DNA of 64,000 nucleotides from Eubacteriales bacterium (lineage in GTDB: Bacteria; Bacillota; Clostridia; Oscillospirales; QAKW01). The first letter of the stretch is position 1; every line of letters starts with the position of its first letter. The position numbers and the translations under genes are program-made. The notes under the pieces were generated by a model that worked only from the letters and a program-made list of their open reading frames with translations, was not told the origin of the DNA and ran no database searches. The DNA lies in contig JAZNXL010000024.1 in assembly GCA_045593905.1 (NCBI GenBank), positions 14,028 to 78,027 of the forward strand. Direction: 5' to 3'. Below, piece after piece: positions 63,323 through 64,000 of this stretch.

Positions 63323-64000
63323 TTACCTTATAGTGCCGCCGCCAACTACGGTGTCGTCAATGTAAACCACCGCCGCCTGTCCTGCAGTAATTGCACGTTG
63401 GGGCGCATCAAATTCAATTTTTACCCACTTGCCGCCGTCCATAGCGGTAACAGTAGCAGGTGCCTCTTTTGCCTTATATCGTGTTTTCACCTTTGCTTTA
63501 AAAGGCTGGTCGGGAGGCGCGAAAGCGACCCAGTTAAAATCCCACGTTAAAAGAGTCCGTGAGAAAAGCTTGTCGTTTTCGCAAAGCACTACACGGTTGT
63601 TTTGCATGTCTTTTTCACAAACATACATTGGGTGCGGCAGCGCAAGACCAAGGCCTTTTCGCTGACCGATTGTGTAGCGTATCATACCCTTGTGGCGACC
63701 AAGAACTTTGCCGTTTTTATCAACAAAATCGCCCTCGGGATATTTTTTGTTTGTATAGTTTTCAATAAATTTTGCATAGTCACCGTCAGGTACAAAGCAA
63801 ATATCTTGCGAGTCTTTTTTGTTAGCGTTAACAAGACCAAGGCTTTGTGCCATTTCACGCACCTCGGCTTTTGAAAACTCGCCGAGCGGCAAAATCGTTT
63901 TTGAAAGCTCGTCTTGTGTTAGCGAATAAAGAACATAGCTTTGGTCTTTTGACTCGTCGTGACCTTTTTTGAGCAAATACCTGTCGCCCGACTTTTCTAC
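63323..64000 (-). CDS. mnmA: tRNA 2-thiouridine(34) synthase MnmA, C-terminal part (5' end outside window)
   Basis: Contains KDQSYVLYSLTQDEL, KKDSQDICFV and GQRKGLGLA. The frame is open to the window edge. Confidence 0.92.
   Translation of the reverse strand, partial: VEKSGDRYLLKKGHDESKDQSYVLYSLTQDELSKTILPLGEFSKAEVREMAQSLGLVNANKKDSQDICFVPDGDYAKFIENYTNKKYPEGDFVDKNGKVLGRHKGMIRYTIGQRKGLGLALPHPMYVCEKDMQNNRVVLCENDKLFSRTLLTWDFNWVAFAPPDQPFKAKVKTRYKAKEAPATVTAMDGGKWVKIEFDAPQRAITAGQAAVVYIDDTVVGGGTIR

Noticed and set aside
1-64000. CRISPR arrays, tRNA/rRNA genes, transposases, integrases, reverse transcriptases and known defence genes.
   Set aside because: No short regularly spaced repeats were seen. 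No intergenic segment has tRNA-like cloverleaf features or rRNA similarity. No ORF shows DDE, tyrosine- or serine-recombinase, or RT motifs.

Overview
A 64-kb chromosomal segment from a low/mid-GC, spore-forming Firmicute. It looks Clostridia-like: spoVT, SLH-anchored surface protein, ThyX, GTP-PEPCK. It starts with gyrB (3' part) and gyrA, so it is probably origin-proximal. Most of it is housekeeping genes (rsmA, prmC, tmk/thyX, clpC-like, rlmA, mnmA) mixed with sugar and polyol loci under many DeoR/AraC/MarR regulators: rhaA-rhaD, a BNR sialidase-like gene, GH2, two tandem GH3 genes and a glycerol-3-P dehydrogenase-like trio. I saw no rRNA, tRNA, CRISPR array, transposase or integrase. The notable non-core content is as follows. 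(1) A 5.1-kb cassette (43.06-48.19 kb) is bounded by identical 37-nt terminator-containing direct repeats. It carries an SLH surface amidase/lectin, a zinc-ribbon membrane protein and an untracked 58-aa RHH gene. The first two genes are each preceded by a ~285-nt near-identical leader with a promoter, a long closing helix, and a terminator abutting the RBS. This is a candidate new cis-regulatory RNA. (2) A 0.95-kb AT-rich XRE islet is bounded in the same way by a duplicated terminator, directly after gyrA. (3) A compositionally mosaic block (19.9-25.8 kb) reuses one promoter cassette. All calls are made by eye from sequence and translations; no searches were run.
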